Shown here: in pieces, positions 62,593-64,000 of the stretch
Layout of the letters: each line of letters opens with the position of its first letter
Numbering within the stretch: position 1 is the stretch's first letter
Assembly: GCF_964355755.1 (NCBI RefSeq)
Contig: NC_092679.1
Location: 10,027,432-10,091,431, forward strand
Origin: Antedon mediterranea
Taxonomy: Eukaryota > Animalia > Echinodermata
DNA length: 64,000 nucleotides
Direction of reading: 5' to 3'
Translations under genes and position numbers: made by a program
The notes under the pieces: model-generated
What the model saw: the letters and a program-made list of their open reading frames with translations, nothing else
What the model was told of the DNA's origin: nothing
Database searches by the model: none

Positions 62593-64000
62593 TTTAACTT
62601 TCTCGCCATCTGCCTCACCGTATTATAACTGGCAGTGCATTCTATCCTGCATCATACCAGTTCGCCGAGCGGGGCCTACTGTTTTGGTTCAAATACATCT
62701 GTTCGTGTTTTTCTTTTGGAAGAGTGAACATTCTTGCGTCCACCCTGCATTTACATGGGCTGCTCTCGGCGGTGTTTCACACCTGCCATGGGCTTTTTCC
62801 TGAGCATCCATGTGATATTAGAAAAATAAAATCTGCGTCTAACTTTAATTATTCATATCCACAATCACATGCAGGTTACACGTTTAGAATGTTCATTTTT
62901 CCAATAAAATGTTTATATGCCAGAAAATGATGTTGTATGCTTTTTCTTAAGTCTTTGTGTATCAAAAATAAGCTATTTTGTGCTCTTTGATGTTTTTTTG
63001 TGAAAAGTTTTATCGAAATGCTCAAAATGGTCTAAAACAGTTTCTAATGTGATTTTAAGCACTTTGATGTTTTTGTGGAACCAAGTTTTTTCGAAAATCA
63101 CAAAATGGTCTAAAAGGTCTCCAAATGCGATTTGAAGCTATTCTAAGCACTTTTGTGTTTTTGTGTAACCAAGTTTTTTCGAAAATCACAAAATGGTCGA
63201 AAACGTCTCCAAATGCGATTTGAAGCTATTCTGTACACTTTGATGTTTTTATGTTTTTTTTAGAAAATCACAAAATGGTCTAAAACGTCTCCAAATGCGA
63301 TTTTATGCTATTCTAAGCACTTTGGTGTTTTTATGTTAACAAGTTTTTTCGAAAATCACAAAATGGTCTAAAACGTCTCCAAATTCGATTTGAAGCTTTT
63401 CTGTACACTTTGATGTTTTTATGGTATTAACAACTTTTTTCGAAAATCACAGAATGGTCTAAAACGTCTCCAAATAGGATTTGAAGTTATTCTGTACACT
63501 TTGATGTTTTTATGTTAACAAGTTTTTTTCGAAAATCACAAAATGGTCTCAAACGTCTCCAAATGCGATTTGAAGCTGTTGTAAGCACTTTTGTGTTTTT
63601 ATGTTAACAAGTTTTTTCGAAAATCACAAAATGGTCTAAAATGTCTCAAAATGCGATTTGAAGCTATTCTTAGCACATTGGTGTTTTTATGTTAACAAGT
63701 TTATTCGAAAATCACAAAATGGTCTAAAACGTCTCCAAATGCGATTTGAAGCTATTCTGTACACTTTGATGTTTTGTGTGAAAAATTTTTGTCGAAATGC
63801 TCAAAATGGTCTAAAACGTTCTTAAATACGATATTAAGCTATTTCGTGCTTTTTGATGTTTTTGTGTAATCAAGTTTTTTCGAAAATTACAAAATGGTTT
63901 AAAATGTCTCCAAATGCGATTTTATGCTATTCTAAGCACTTTGATGTTTTTATGGTAACAACTTTTTTCGAAAATCACAGAATGGTCTAAAACGTCTCCA

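Larger units (their letters stand above)
61987..62968 (+). mobile_element. 3' fragment of a tyrosine-recombinase retrotransposon (DIRS/Ngaro group)
   Basis: Recombinase C-terminus, then a 44-bp repeat array and unique sequence with AATAAA; no TSD, and the satellite phase is broken across it. Confidence 0.75.
56914..64000 (-). repeat. 88-bp satellite array, inverted orientation (blocks 56914-60566, 61753-61986, 62969-64000)
   Basis: Reverse complement of the same monomer: GAAAATCACAAAATGGTCTAAAACGTCTCCAAATGCGATTTGAAGCTATTC. Confidence 0.98.

Noticed and set aside
13474-62968. Most retroelements lie on the minus strand
   Set aside because: Few independent events, one copy is a duplication, and relative to satellite orientation the Penelope element breaks the pattern.

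Overview
Eukaryotic (animal-type) heterochromatin with no recognisable host gene. Bases 1-22032 are a strand-asymmetric ~19-bp minisatellite (CGCTGATCTATCTCTCTCT) with nested higher-order duplications, interrupted by a young full-length Ty3/Gypsy element (13474-20749; 787-bp LTRs, tRNA-Ser-type PBS, one in-frame stop before the integrase). From ~22232 to the end is an 88-bp AT-rich satellite (with 78-bp variants and kb-scale higher-order repeats) that flips orientation at ~56913. The satellite holds many mobile elements: a Gmr1-like LTR remnant, a PIF/Harbinger MITE, a 2.07-kb foldback element with ~990-bp arms, a full-length L2-group (Crack-like) LINE whose 3' part lies in a 3596-bp tandem duplication, and a degenerate esterase-ORF1 LINE. 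That second LINE contains a 3.65-kb Ngaro/DIRS fragment flanked by a 45-bp duplication, which creates a chimeric RT ORF. Further right are a 5'-truncated Penelope-like element with a minimal hammerhead ribozyme and an unannotated tyrosine-recombinase C-terminus followed by eight tandem hairpin repeats. Coordinates were counted by eye and family names rest on motif recognition, not database searches. Nothing here is proven to be a new system; the best candidates are the recombinase-linked hairpin array and the hydrolase-first Ngaro fragment.
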